A stretch of 64,000 nt of DNA from Candidatus Multivoradales bacterium (GTDB taxonomy: Bacteria > Acidobacteriota > Thermoanaerobaculia > Multivoradales > Multivoraceae), in contig CBDCWI010000002.1 of NCBI GenBank assembly GCA_965223325.1, positions 320,001 to 384,000 of the forward strand, written 5' to 3'. This document shows positions 55,901 through 64,000 of the stretch, piece after piece. Made by a program: the position numbers and the translations under genes. How positions within the stretch are numbered: position 1 is the first letter of the stretch; each line of letters begins with the position of its first letter. The notes below the pieces were generated by a model that saw nothing but the letters and a program-made list of their open reading frames with translations, was not told the DNA's origin and did no database searches.

Positions 55901-56219
55901 CACACGCTGCGCGGTCGACGCCGGCGACCCCGAGCTCATGCAACTCTTGCGACAGCTTCTCGGTTGCCGCCTCGTCGAGACAGGCGATCGCGAGGCGAGT
56001 GAGGACCCGCTCGAGGATCTCGCCGGCTGCCTGGCGAGTAAAGGTCACCGCCAGAATGGTCCGCGGGCTCGAGCCTAGAAACAGAAGGCGCAGGATCTCG
56101 AGCGTCAGGCGATAAGTCTTGCCGGTTCCGGCTGACGCTCGCACCAGGCGATGCGGCGGCACGGTAGGCAACCCGCCGCCGGGCCCAGTGCTGCCGTCGT
56201 CTAGCGGGACCAGGGTCAC
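52899..56219 (-). CDS. addA: AddA-like UvrD superfamily helicase-nuclease
   Basis: ASAGTGKT, TFTRQAAGE, DEFQDTS, VGDAKQAIYGWRGG, MTVHRSKGLEFD, LYVGMTRAR, C-terminal RecB nuclease GRFDRV...WDWK. Confidence 0.88.
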   Translation of the reverse strand: MTLVPLDDGSTGPGGGLPTVPPHRLVRASAGTGKTYRLTLEILRLLFLGSSPRTILAVTFTRQAAGEILERVLTRLAIACLDEAATEKLSQELHELGVAGVDRAACGELLRRLVADLPRLQISTLDAFFYRLVTCFRYELGLPERPELGTPDDPKSERLRFEALSRVLERGARSDLDELVRLIERLHGEQAKRSVAGALDRVLDALYELYREARSAEAWTRLEVAPPQTDVNLEDALRELKRCLIEEPLEKRVKTALARDYAAAEARDWESFLKDGLAKKVYEGDLQYYRKPLPAVVVAAYRPLLEHARFTLLEVLAGRGMALYGLLRAFDEQYDSLRRRRRLALFGDLSRWLLESLGEVDEAVRMQIAYRLDGRIQHLLLDEFQDTSLEQWRVLKPIAEEIWAHGDGSHSFFCVGDAKQAIYGWRGGCAALFRDIEAELAKREIAPETLDVSYRSSPVILEVVDRVLAAAPQWKPLAPHADLVADWLHGLEAHRAVDREKPGYVEFRVSPSAEPEIDEDSFEGSAGDLASDEPNIHIAAVRAWIEELLGAAPPGYQPAIAVLTRTNRLAGHVLDALRRGGIDASGEGGSPIDDDPAVALVLSALVLADHPGDTASFFHLAHSPLAQPLEITSWDPHRLSAALRRRIGEEGLPRMVSRLATWLARVSSERSRRRLAQLLDLAETFERDDRGRTIDFVAAAERHLVEEPTRSGVRVMTVHRSKGLEFDAVMLCELDWTRRVSSTVWVERKEETAAPTAIFPARNKSIASLDPRLEAARLQEQRRGWQDELSALYVGMTRARYGLYLLAKEGGGDRGAAAWIAEALGRGTPLSRQNVGVPFRAGDPRWMEKLAGSSLSRAQDELAEDSRLRPDDEQVGRSKPASSKTASASERTRRKSPPRSLVTVAPSAGSHQDGTVPATVLLERGSELERMRGSILHAWLAEVEWLDPEKSRGRHSAPSDRQLMSIARREAPEIEGLSLEGWLREFRQMLSHPTVLRVLAPPRKGGARGGELWRERAFALVQDGKLLSGRFDRVFIEHVRGQPAGAVLWDWKGDRVPANRVPELVERYRYQIATYRDALAQILGLLPAAVDARLLFLEIGSEVRVE

Positions 56220-59200
56220 CCTTCGGCTCCGTCACCCTGCCGGGGTGGGAGCAGTTCTCCTGGCTCGCGCCCTCGGTAGGCCTGTTCCGCATGCGCAATA
56301 GCTAGCGGCCGGTTGGGAACCCGGTCGAGCGCCAGGCGGGTGAAACCATCGTCGAAGAGTGGTGGCTCACCCGGCGGCCAGAAAACCTCGGAGCGGATGC
56401 GCGACAGCACCTCGGCCGCAGCGCGCTCTGCGTCCTGGTGTTGTCTCCTGGACCAACGAGCCGGCAGCCATCGGGGATCGCTCTTTACCGCACTCAACTG
56501 AACGTAGCCAGCCACGACGCCTCCTGGCCCGGCTTCGCTGTCCTCCGGAGCTCGATCCGCTCGGTTTCGAGCGGCAACCAAAGCATCGGTGATGGCCGGC
56601 TGGTGTGCCACTCCCCCAGGGGCAACCGCACTCTTCACCATCTCGAGATAGATCGGCAGCTGAAAGTCATGAAATCCCAGGTAGGGGTCGTCGGGATCCG
56701 GGTTGCGGTCGGGCCCGTGGGTGTCAGAAGGTGAGCGGCCGCGCTCCGAGGTCTTGTAGTCGATCACTCGCAGCCCCAACTCGGGGTGGAGATCGACCCG
56801 GTCGATGCGACCCCGGACGGTTAGCGCTTCACCCGCGATGGTGTAGGTGTGAGTCAGGGAGCGTTCGCAGAGCTCTGGAACCGCACGCCAGCCTCGTGAA
56901 GCCTGCTCCGCCTGCCAGAGGGCGAACCACTCGAGGCGGCGCTTCATCTGGGTCGCCTGTACCTCAACGATCGGTGACGGGCGCGCGCCGAAGCGGACAC
57001 GGAGCCCGCGCTCGAGGAGTTCGAAGAGGCTCTCCTTGATCGTTTCGCTATCTTCAACCGCGGTGGCGTCGGGACGCTGGACCCAGGCGTCGAGCACCTG
57101 GTGCAGCAGAATGCCGAAGGCTCGCGCGTCGATCTCGCGCGGCAGGTCACGAGCCACTTCGAGCCCTCTGACATAGCGCAGCCAGAATCGGTAGGGGCAG
57201 CGAACGTACTGCGCGAGGGCCGTACAACCGAGGCCTCGCCCACCCTGAAACGGGTCCCGTGCCGGGGGCGAGAGGTGCGCGGCATCCGGGGGCACGAGAC
57301 CCATGCCCGCAATCTGCGTGGGCCCGAGGGTAAGTGCCGCGTCTCGATCAAGACGGCATCCCGGCGCAGCGGTGGGCATCCTGGTCAGCTCGAGAACTCG
57401 CCGCGCACGGGCTTCGGTCGACGCGCCAGCCGCAGTTTCGAGAAGCAACCGACTGGGCAGGAGAGGATCGTTCAGGGCGCTCCGCCGGCCAGCGAGAAGG
57501 GTAATGCGCTCGCGACTGTTGATCGTCGCCTCGAGAATGAAGCGATCGCGCGCCAGGCGGCGAGAGTCGTCGAGTAGGCCGAGAGTACGCCGCGTGCCAT
57601 CGGGCAGCAGAGCGTCAAAGACCCCTCCCTGGGGCACCAGGCCTTCGTTCATTCCCATCACGACCAGGAAAGGCACATCGTCGTGCGCCAGCTCGAGCCA
57701 TCCGAGGACCTCGACGTGGCCTTCGGTCGTACCGGCGGCCTCGGTCGCCAGGCGACGAGACGAAAGGGCCAACTCCAAGATCGACGCCGCTTCGCTTGCC
57801 GAAACCGCTTGCACGCGCGGCCAGTCGGCGGTCACGTTTCCAAGGGCTTCGAGTCCCTCGGCGACGGCGGTAAGGGCTTGCGCCGTTTCACGGTCCCCGG
57901 CTTCGAGCTCCGAGAGATCGCGCCCGCGATACGCACGATGGAGCAGCTCGAGGAAGGTTGACCGCCAGGTCTCGGGAGCGCGACGCGAGGCGGTATGACT
58001 CCGCCCGCGGGTTGCATCCTCGCCTTCCGCAGTGCCTATGACGATGCTTCGAACGAGACGTGTGAGACGCTTCTGATCGCGCGCGTGACCGGGAACAGGT
58101 GGTTCCGTGCTCTCGAGCAGGCTGTGCTCCGAATAGCGATCGAACCAGGCAATCCACTCTGACGACAGGCGTTCTCTCAGGAGTTCAGGTTGAGCGACCA
58201 GAAGAGGTGCGTGAGTGTCGTCTTCACCCGCCCACATGTCGACATCAGTGTCCTCGAGCTCAATGTCCTCAGGCTCAGCGCCCTCAGGCTCCGTGTCGTC
58301 GGCGAACTCTGGCAGCAGGTTGGTCGCGTCGGGATGACGAAGGAGAGCGGCCAGATCCGAGGCCTGCTGGCTCTCGAAGAAGCGCGACCAGGCGACGATC
58401 AAGCGCACCGGCGGCGAGGCAGTCACGGTCCGACCGAGCGGCGAGTGGCTTCCCACACCGGCAAGCTGGAGACCCTCTTCGACTGCACGGACTTGATCGT
58501 CGGCCGTCAGGCCAACAGTACACTCGTCGGCTGAGCGGCCGTCCCTGAGGGCGCACTTGACGGTCTCGACAACCCTCTCCACCTGGTGCTGTGGCTTGTC
58601 GCAGATCACCACCTCGGGACGGGCGAGATCGAGACCACGTTCGGTCCAGAACCTCTGCACTAGACCGCCCCAGCGATCGAAACCAGCCGCGAGATCGGCG
58701 GGAGCCTGGATCAAGACGCTGACCGCGGAACCAGACTGCGCCAGCAGACGACGCCACAACTGGCCGAGGTCTGGAACGCCGACCAGAACCACCCGTTCCG
58801 CGACCTCAGGACCCCGGCGAGGTGCAGCGAGCGCTCCTACCCGAGCCCTCGACCGGCTCACGAGACCACGCGCAGAAAGCCGCTTCTCGAGCTCATTCTC
58901 GACTCGCTCGAGGACCGACCAGCGTCGATCGTCGAACCCTTGCCCACTCTTCTCCAGTTGCTTGCGCGCCGAGCGAACATCGAGCCCTGCGAGTGCCAAC
59001 TCGTCGGTGAGCTCACCGAGCGCCCGCGCCAGAACCAGCAGCCCACCGAGGTCGGTGGCCTCGGGTGGGTGTGGCAAGAGCGCTTGGAGGGCGCTGGCTT
59101 CGATCGCCGCCAGGGCCGCCGCGCGCTCGACCACCTCCACCAGCGCTTTTGCGGCTGGCAACTCGTGGTGCACCAGAAGATCGCCCAGCGCTCCCGGCGT

Positions 59201-59455
59201 CACCACCTGCGGTGGCAGCATGCCGCCGTAGCGTCTTGTTGCGACCACGGCCAGACGTTCCCGCAGCCGGCGTGCTGCACGTCGTCCTGGAACGACAACG
59301 AGGAGATGATCGAGCTCGACGAGCGCCGTGTGAGGACTGCGACCACGCTCGAGCAACCACTCTGCCGCACGGGCGAGGATCGGTTCCTGCCACCCCAGAA
59401 AAACGCGCTCGGGAGCTCTGTCCTCGGCATGCGCCGGAGTGGTGGTGTCGCTCAT
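56216..59455 (-). CDS. addB: AddB-like protein with PD-(D/E)XK nuclease domain
   Basis: VVVPGRRAARRL, GMNEGLVP, RCPYRFWLRY, GRIDRVD, IDYKT, DFQLPIY; coupled to addA. Confidence 0.85.
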   Translation of the reverse strand: MSDTTTPAHAEDRAPERVFLGWQEPILARAAEWLLERGRSPHTALVELDHLLVVVPGRRAARRLRERLAVVATRRYGGMLPPQVVTPGALGDLLVHHELPAAKALVEVVERAAALAAIEASALQALLPHPPEATDLGGLLVLARALGELTDELALAGLDVRSARKQLEKSGQGFDDRRWSVLERVENELEKRLSARGLVSRSRARVGALAAPRRGPEVAERVVLVGVPDLGQLWRRLLAQSGSAVSVLIQAPADLAAGFDRWGGLVQRFWTERGLDLARPEVVICDKPQHQVERVVETVKCALRDGRSADECTVGLTADDQVRAVEEGLQLAGVGSHSPLGRTVTASPPVRLIVAWSRFFESQQASDLAALLRHPDATNLLPEFADDTEPEGAEPEDIELEDTDVDMWAGEDDTHAPLLVAQPELLRERLSSEWIAWFDRYSEHSLLESTEPPVPGHARDQKRLTRLVRSIVIGTAEGEDATRGRSHTASRRAPETWRSTFLELLHRAYRGRDLSELEAGDRETAQALTAVAEGLEALGNVTADWPRVQAVSASEAASILELALSSRRLATEAAGTTEGHVEVLGWLELAHDDVPFLVVMGMNEGLVPQGGVFDALLPDGTRRTLGLLDDSRRLARDRFILEATINSRERITLLAGRRSALNDPLLPSRLLLETAAGASTEARARRVLELTRMPTAAPGCRLDRDAALTLGPTQIAGMGLVPPDAAHLSPPARDPFQGGRGLGCTALAQYVRCPYRFWLRYVRGLEVARDLPREIDARAFGILLHQVLDAWVQRPDATAVEDSETIKESLFELLERGLRVRFGARPSPIVEVQATQMKRRLEWFALWQAEQASRGWRAVPELCERSLTHTYTIAGEALTVRGRIDRVDLHPELGLRVIDYKTSERGRSPSDTHGPDRNPDPDDPYLGFHDFQLPIYLEMVKSAVAPGGVAHQPAITDALVAARNRADRAPEDSEAGPGGVVAGYVQLSAVKSDPRWLPARWSRRQHQDAERAAAEVLSRIRSEVFWPPGEPPLFDDGFTRLALDRVPNRPLAIAHAEQAYRGREPGELLPPRQGDGAEG

Positions 59456-59479
59456 CGATTTCGGTGTGGGTCAGGCCGT

Positions 59480-62263
59480 TCAGTTCGAAGATCCCACGGT
59501 CGGGCCTCGTGCCTCGCTGCCCACTTGCTGGGACTGTCCTTCACCGGATTGTCCTTCACCGGACTGTGCCTCTGCCGAGAAGGAGTCGACGGCGTCGATT
59601 CCGATGCGATGGCACGATGTCAGATCTTCGTAGGCCTCGGGGCGGCAGGTTGCCAACACGACCTGGCAGCTCTCCGCCGCCTGTTCGATGACGCCGCACA
59701 GCCGCCTCATGCGCTCGTGATCCGCGTTCACCAGCCGATCGTCGAGTACCACCAGCTGGCGTTCTTCACTCGAGAGGAGGACGGCGATCGCCAGCCGCAG
59801 CAACACCGCGACCTGCTCGTGGGTGCCGTAGCTGAGACTGCTGAGCGGTAGCGCATCGTCATCGCCGTCGCCGGTCACTCCGACCGGCAGCAGCTTGTCG
59901 TCGAGGACCAGCGCCTTGTAGCGCTCTCCGGTCAGTTGGCGCAACCAGGCGTCGACGCGCTCACTGACCGGAGCAGTCACCGCCCGACTGCGCTCACGGC
60001 GCCGGCGTTCGAGCTGGTCGTACAACAGGCGGGCGGCATCGGCACGACGGCTGACGGTGGCGTGGCGATCCCGGTGCGCGGCGAGGCGATGTTCGAGCTC
60101 ATCCAGCCGTCCGAAGACCCCCATCTCGGCCGCCGACTGGATTCGCGCCCGCCGGTCGGTGGCGTCGGTCTCGAGCCGACGCACGAGAGCCTCGGTCGCC
60201 TCGAGCTCCCGCTGGAGCGAAGCCACCCGTCGCCTGGGCCCGGCAATCTCGCGCTCCCAGCGCTCCACGAGTGCCTGGTGGTCGGTCCGAACTCTCGTCA
60301 CCTCAGCCGTCGCCCGCGAAGCCGCCCCGGCGAGGGCTTCGAGCGTTCCCCAGCTCTCCAGGTCCCGACCGTTCTGTTCTTCGAGGGCTTCGAGTTCGCT
60401 TCTCGCGGCTACCATGGTCCCGGTCGCATCGCGCAACGCTTCGCTGCGAGTCAGGCATTCCTGCTGCGCCTGATGCTCGGCATCGCGAGCGCGTTGCAGG
60501 CGAGTGCGCAGGTCTTCGTGCTCGCGTTCGCCGGCGGCGATTTCCTCTGCGGTGTGTTCGCGCGCCCAACCCTCGATCCCCGGTAGGACCGCCTGCGACG
60601 CACTGGCCTGGATCTCCTGCTGCTCGCGCTCTACCGCTTCCAACCGGGCCACCGGATCTTCGTCTCCGAGCCCAGCCAGACGACCGTCGACCCCGCTGAG
60701 GGCCGCCTTCCAGCCGGTCACCTCGGTATGACGCGCAGCCAGTTCGTCGAAGTCACTAGCCTCGAATACGTCGAGAACCTCCTGGCAGTGGTCCCGTTCG
60801 CGTGCGAGCATCGTCCGCCAACGTTCGAGGTCTCCGTGCGAGGGCGTAACCTCGACCCGGCGTCCGCCGCCGAGAACAAACCGCGTTGCCTCGGTCACGA
60901 GGTAGCTACCATCCGCCGAGCGCCTGGTCTCGGGCTCGACGGCGAGCGACTCGCCCGGCAATTGCTCGAACCGGACCCGCACTGCCCCACCCTCGAGTCG
61001 CGCCTCGAGGTTCTCGCGCTCACGGTTCGAAACCACGAAGCGATTCCAAACCCGTTCATCGGGCAGCGGCCGGCTCTCGATCTTGGCCCGCAGCGCGGCC
61101 CGTTGGGCCTCGAGCTCCGTGAGCTTTCGGACAACTCCCTCGAGCCGCTCGCGCTCCCTCTCGAGGCGCTCGAGGCGCAGTCGCGAGCGCAACTCGGCGA
61201 GCTTCGCTTCGAGTCGCTCGAGCTTGGGTTGCAGATCCTTCTCCTGTCGGCGAGCGTGCCCTTCGGCCTCGCGCCGAAACTGCCTGACCTCACCGGAGAG
61301 CTCAGCTTCGCGCAGTCGACTCTCGGCGAGGCGGGCCTCGAGTTGGGCTGCGCGCTCCCGGCGTTGGCGTACCGCGGCCAGGACCGAGTTCGCACGATCG
61401 GCTCGTTCAACCGCCACCTCGAGCGCCCGCTCCTGCTCGACCCGCGTCTGTTCGAGGGTCTTGACCGCCGTCATGCGCTCCTCGAGAGCGGCGATTTTCT
61501 GCTCGAAGCCCACCTGCCGTGTGCCGAGCTTCTCGAGGTGTTCCTCGGTCTCGATCAGCTGGGCGCGCAGCGTCGCTACCCGCTCGGCTTCGCTCGTCAC
61601 ACGCGCGAGCTCCGCTTCGAGCGCTGGAATCTCCTCCGCCACCCGGAAGGCCTCCGAACGACGCGACAGGCGACCGGTCGCCGTCCAGTACTCACGATAG
61701 GCCGCCTGGGCGCCCGTGAGGACACGATCCTCTGCCGCAGTGGTTAGGGCCAGCTCGACGAGACCGGAAAGCCCCTTCTCGAGCGCCTCGCTCCATGCCT
61801 GCTCGGGGATTCCGGCCTCGCGCTGCAGATACCACAGCGCCTGGGACCATCCGCGGTGTTCTGGGCGCGTGGCACCTCGGTGCTCGGTTCCTCCGAGAAG
61901 TGCACGCAGGTGTTCGTCGGCGCCGTCGCCCTCGTGGTCGACGACGAACTCTCCCTTGCGCTCACGCGCCAGCTCCGCCATCGGGTCGTGCAAAAAGCGC
62001 TTGCGCACGCGGTAGCGCCGCCCGTCGTGAGAGAAGGTCACGACGACCTCCGGCCCGAGCGAGCTTCCCAGGGAGCGAATGCTTCGCAGCTGCTTGGCCT
62101 TCGAGGTGTGGCGGTCGAAGAGTGCACGCGCCACCGCTTCGAAGAGGGTGCTCTTGCCCGCCTCGTTGGGACCGACGACCAGATTCAACTGCGGCCCGAA
62201 CTCGAAGGTCCGCGGCGCCCGGTAGCCTCGCCAGTTGCGAACGGTGACCGTCTCGAGAATCAA
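59480..62263 (-). CDS. Rad50/SbcC-like (YhaN-type) coiled-coil ABC ATPase
   Basis: Walker A GPNEAGKSTL, long coiled coil, signature LSYGTHEQ, Walker B VVLDDRLVNAD. Confidence 0.88.
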   Translation of the reverse strand: MILETVTVRNWRGYRAPRTFEFGPQLNLVVGPNEAGKSTLFEAVARALFDRHTSKAKQLRSIRSLGSSLGPEVVVTFSHDGRRYRVRKRFLHDPMAELARERKGEFVVDHEGDGADEHLRALLGGTEHRGATRPEHRGWSQALWYLQREAGIPEQAWSEALEKGLSGLVELALTTAAEDRVLTGAQAAYREYWTATGRLSRRSEAFRVAEEIPALEAELARVTSEAERVATLRAQLIETEEHLEKLGTRQVGFEQKIAALEERMTAVKTLEQTRVEQERALEVAVERADRANSVLAAVRQRRERAAQLEARLAESRLREAELSGEVRQFRREAEGHARRQEKDLQPKLERLEAKLAELRSRLRLERLERERERLEGVVRKLTELEAQRAALRAKIESRPLPDERVWNRFVVSNRERENLEARLEGGAVRVRFEQLPGESLAVEPETRRSADGSYLVTEATRFVLGGGRRVEVTPSHGDLERWRTMLARERDHCQEVLDVFEASDFDELAARHTEVTGWKAALSGVDGRLAGLGDEDPVARLEAVEREQQEIQASASQAVLPGIEGWAREHTAEEIAAGEREHEDLRTRLQRARDAEHQAQQECLTRSEALRDATGTMVAARSELEALEEQNGRDLESWGTLEALAGAASRATAEVTRVRTDHQALVERWEREIAGPRRRVASLQRELEATEALVRRLETDATDRRARIQSAAEMGVFGRLDELEHRLAAHRDRHATVSRRADAARLLYDQLERRRRERSRAVTAPVSERVDAWLRQLTGERYKALVLDDKLLPVGVTGDGDDDALPLSSLSYGTHEQVAVLLRLAIAVLLSSEERQLVVLDDRLVNADHERMRRLCGVIEQAAESCQVVLATCRPEAYEDLTSCHRIGIDAVDSFSAEAQSGEGQSGEGQSQQVGSEARGPTVGSSN

Positions 62264-63393
62264 GCTGGTGCCTCCGCCAAGCGACGCAGCAGGCGCCGCG
62301 CCTCTTCGACCGTCGCGCGGTCCCCCTCCTCATCCCCTTCGAGGAGGCTCGCGAGCTCACGGTCGACGTCGTCCAGGAGGCCAGCGGGCAGAGGCGTCTC
62401 TGGCAGCGGTTCGCGGAGGCGCCAGTCCAGGTAGAGCGCCACTGCCTCGAGGCGTAGACGCGTCTGCTCGGCTTCTGCCTGCACCTCCCGGTCCTGGCCG
62501 AGACTGCCCGAGACCCGTAGCACGAGCCGATGACCGGCCGTCGCGCGAGCCGAGCCAGCCCGCTCATCATCAGGACCACCAACCGAGCTGAAGCGCCGTA
62601 CCAGTGCGTGAAGCGGAGCGAGATCGGTCGGATCATCGATCCTGGAATCAAAGGCGTGCCATGCGGTACTCGCCACATCGATCGCGTCGACGCGCGGTGC
62701 CGTCGCAGACCCTGGTTCGATGTCAACGACCAGAACGTGGCCAGGGTTCTGTTCCCCGAAGCCCGTCGGTTCAATGGTGCCTGGATAGCCGACGCGGTCG
62801 AGCAGAGTCAGCCCGTGCCAATCTCCCAGCGCGACCCAGTCGAAGCCGCCAGCGAGAAGGCGTTCGAGGTCGATGGGAAACTGACTGCGCACCTGGAGCG
62901 TCGACAGTGCACCGTGCGCTATCGCGACGCGGGCGCGGGTATCACCCGCTGCGCGGGGTGGTAGCCACGCGGTCGGGTCGCGACGACTACGACGCTCGGT
63001 CAGTGGGCAGGCATAGATTGCCAGGTCGCCCTCGAGCTCGATCTCTTCCTGACGATCGAGGATGCGAACCTGATCGGCAACGCGCTTCCAGGCCGAGCGG
63101 TACCAGAGTCCGCCTGGGAGCAGCGGATCGTGGTTGCCGGGCAGGACCAGCACCGGGATCGGTGCCAGGGACTCGAGGAGGTCGATCGCCCGCACCAGGA
63201 TGGATTCGTCGACATCAGGGTGATCGAAGGTGTCACCGGCCAGGACCACGGCGTCGACTTTCCGTTCACGGGCGAGCGCCACGACCCGCTCGGCGCTTCG
63301 AAAGCGCAGCTGCGCGAGATCGTCGGCGACCGCTCCCGCCTGACGCGGCCGGAGGCCGAGTTGCCAGTCCGCTGTATGGAGGATGCGCAGCAT
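62260..63393 (-). CDS. Mre11/SbcD-like (YhaO-type) metallophosphoesterase nuclease
   Basis: LHTADWQLG, LAGDTFD, LPGNHDP, IAHG, ALGDWHG, YPGTIEPTGFGE. Confidence 0.92.
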   Translation of the reverse strand: MLRILHTADWQLGLRPRQAGAVADDLAQLRFRSAERVVALARERKVDAVVLAGDTFDHPDVDESILVRAIDLLESLAPIPVLVLPGNHDPLLPGGLWYRSAWKRVADQVRILDRQEEIELEGDLAIYACPLTERRSRRDPTAWLPPRAAGDTRARVAIAHGALSTLQVRSQFPIDLERLLAGGFDWVALGDWHGLTLLDRVGYPGTIEPTGFGEQNPGHVLVVDIEPGSATAPRVDAIDVASTAWHAFDSRIDDPTDLAPLHALVRRFSSVGGPDDERAGSARATAGHRLVLRVSGSLGQDREVQAEAEQTRLRLEAVALYLDWRLREPLPETPLPAGLLDDVDRELASLLEGDEEGDRATVEEARRLLRRLAEAPA

Positions 63394-63428
63394 GGGGTCG
63401 AGCCTGCTGGCGCGGCTTCCGGGAGGGC

Positions 63429-63458
63429 AAGTCCCTGAGAATCAGTGACTTAGGGACT
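63429..63458. promoter_or_regulatory. Imperfect palindrome / IHF-like site upstream of the DNA-repair operon
   Basis: AAGTCCCTGA-GAA-TCAGTGACTT (9 of 10 pairs); AATCAGTGACTTA fits WATCARNNNNTTR. Confidence 0.45.
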
Positions 63459-63716
63459 CCTACGCCAGTCAACCGCGGCCGATCGTGAGCCTTCCCCGGG
63501 ATGGTAACGCCTTCGGCGGTTGGCCGTTGGCGGATCCGTCAAGGGGTTGGCGGTGCGAAATGGGGCTCGCGGTCTCTCGACGCGCCTCGAAGCGTCGTTA
63601 ATATCTAGTATTTCGAGTTTAAATAGTGTTTTTGATAGACTTCAACACTGGGTTTCTCGCCCCCGACTCCCCGATCTCCTGGGTTCTTGCACCTTCGGCT
63701 CTGAAGCCACCTCTCC

Positions 63717-64000
63717 ATGGCAGCCCCGCAACTCAAATACGAATCGCAACTCGAGAGCGACGCCCTGCCAGGACTCCTCTCGAAGATCCACGACCACCGG
63801 GTTCCCGGAGTGGTCGAGGTCCGCGCCGGCGACACCGAGAAGCAGCTCTACGTTCGCGATGGCAACGTCATCTTCGCCACCTCGAACAACCCCGAAGATC
63901 GGCTCGGCGTCTATCTGCTGCGCGAGGGCTTGATGGATCGTGAGGGCTTCGAGCTCATCGCCAGGCAGCGCTCGGAGTCCACCGAGCGCGCTGGAGTCCT
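63717..64000 (+). CDS. DUF4388 (PatA-N-like) domain protein, truncated by window edge
   Basis: Not in the ORF track. Manual translation MAAPQLKYESQLESDALPGLLSKIHDHRVPGVVEVRAGDTEKQLYVRDGNVIFATSNNPEDRLGVYLLREG... Confidence 0.8.
   Translation, partial: MAAPQLKYESQLESDALPGLLSKIHDHRVPGVVEVRAGDTEKQLYVRDGNVIFATSNNPEDRLGVYLLREGLMDREGFELIARQRSESTERAGV

Noticed and set aside
59480-63393. Named SMC-based defence system (Wadjet, Lamassu)
   Set aside because: No kleisin/KITE, JetD or Lamassu effector genes; the partner is an Mre11-type phosphoesterase and the neighbours are AddAB

Overview
High-GC bacterial chromosomal window, probably Acidobacteriota. That is an inference from the fused LptF-LptG, the DUF4388 protein and a C-terminal 'LFADDFE..G..W' motif. 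Left to right: (1) the start of a surface-polysaccharide operon on the minus strand, running off the left edge (GT4, priming polyprenyl-phosphate sugar transferase, WbpE/WbpB/WbpD-like trio, FAD oxidoreductase, polysaccharide deacetylase); (2) ribH-nusB-transglutaminase-like-lptE and rpsT; (3) a complete tolQ-tolR-tolA/tonB-tolB-pal-cpoB cluster; (4) etfBA, a TrmH methyltransferase, a YjjX-like NTPase, metK, fused lptFG and a TonB-dependent receptor; (5) a ~4,250-aa secreted SdrD-B/DUF11 repeat protein ending in a gingipain/PorU-type C25 peptidase; (6) miaB, a bifunctional nuclease, parA and an atypical parB; (7) an uncharacterised cluster of sulfotransferase, alkaline-phosphatase-superfamily enzyme, 64-aa RHH-like microprotein with an 'LGY' tail, Oxa1/EMC3-like membrane protein and a membrane sulfatase-like enzyme with the same 'LGY' tail; (8) a tightly coupled Mre11/SbcD-like, Rad50/SbcC-like, AddB, AddA operon; (9) the start of a DUF4388 gene. 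No rRNA, tRNA, CRISPR array or intact mobile element was recognised; one IS3-family remnant is present. The best candidates for an undescribed system are cluster (7) and the C25-fused giant protein (5). All family calls come from reading motifs by eye, not from database searches.
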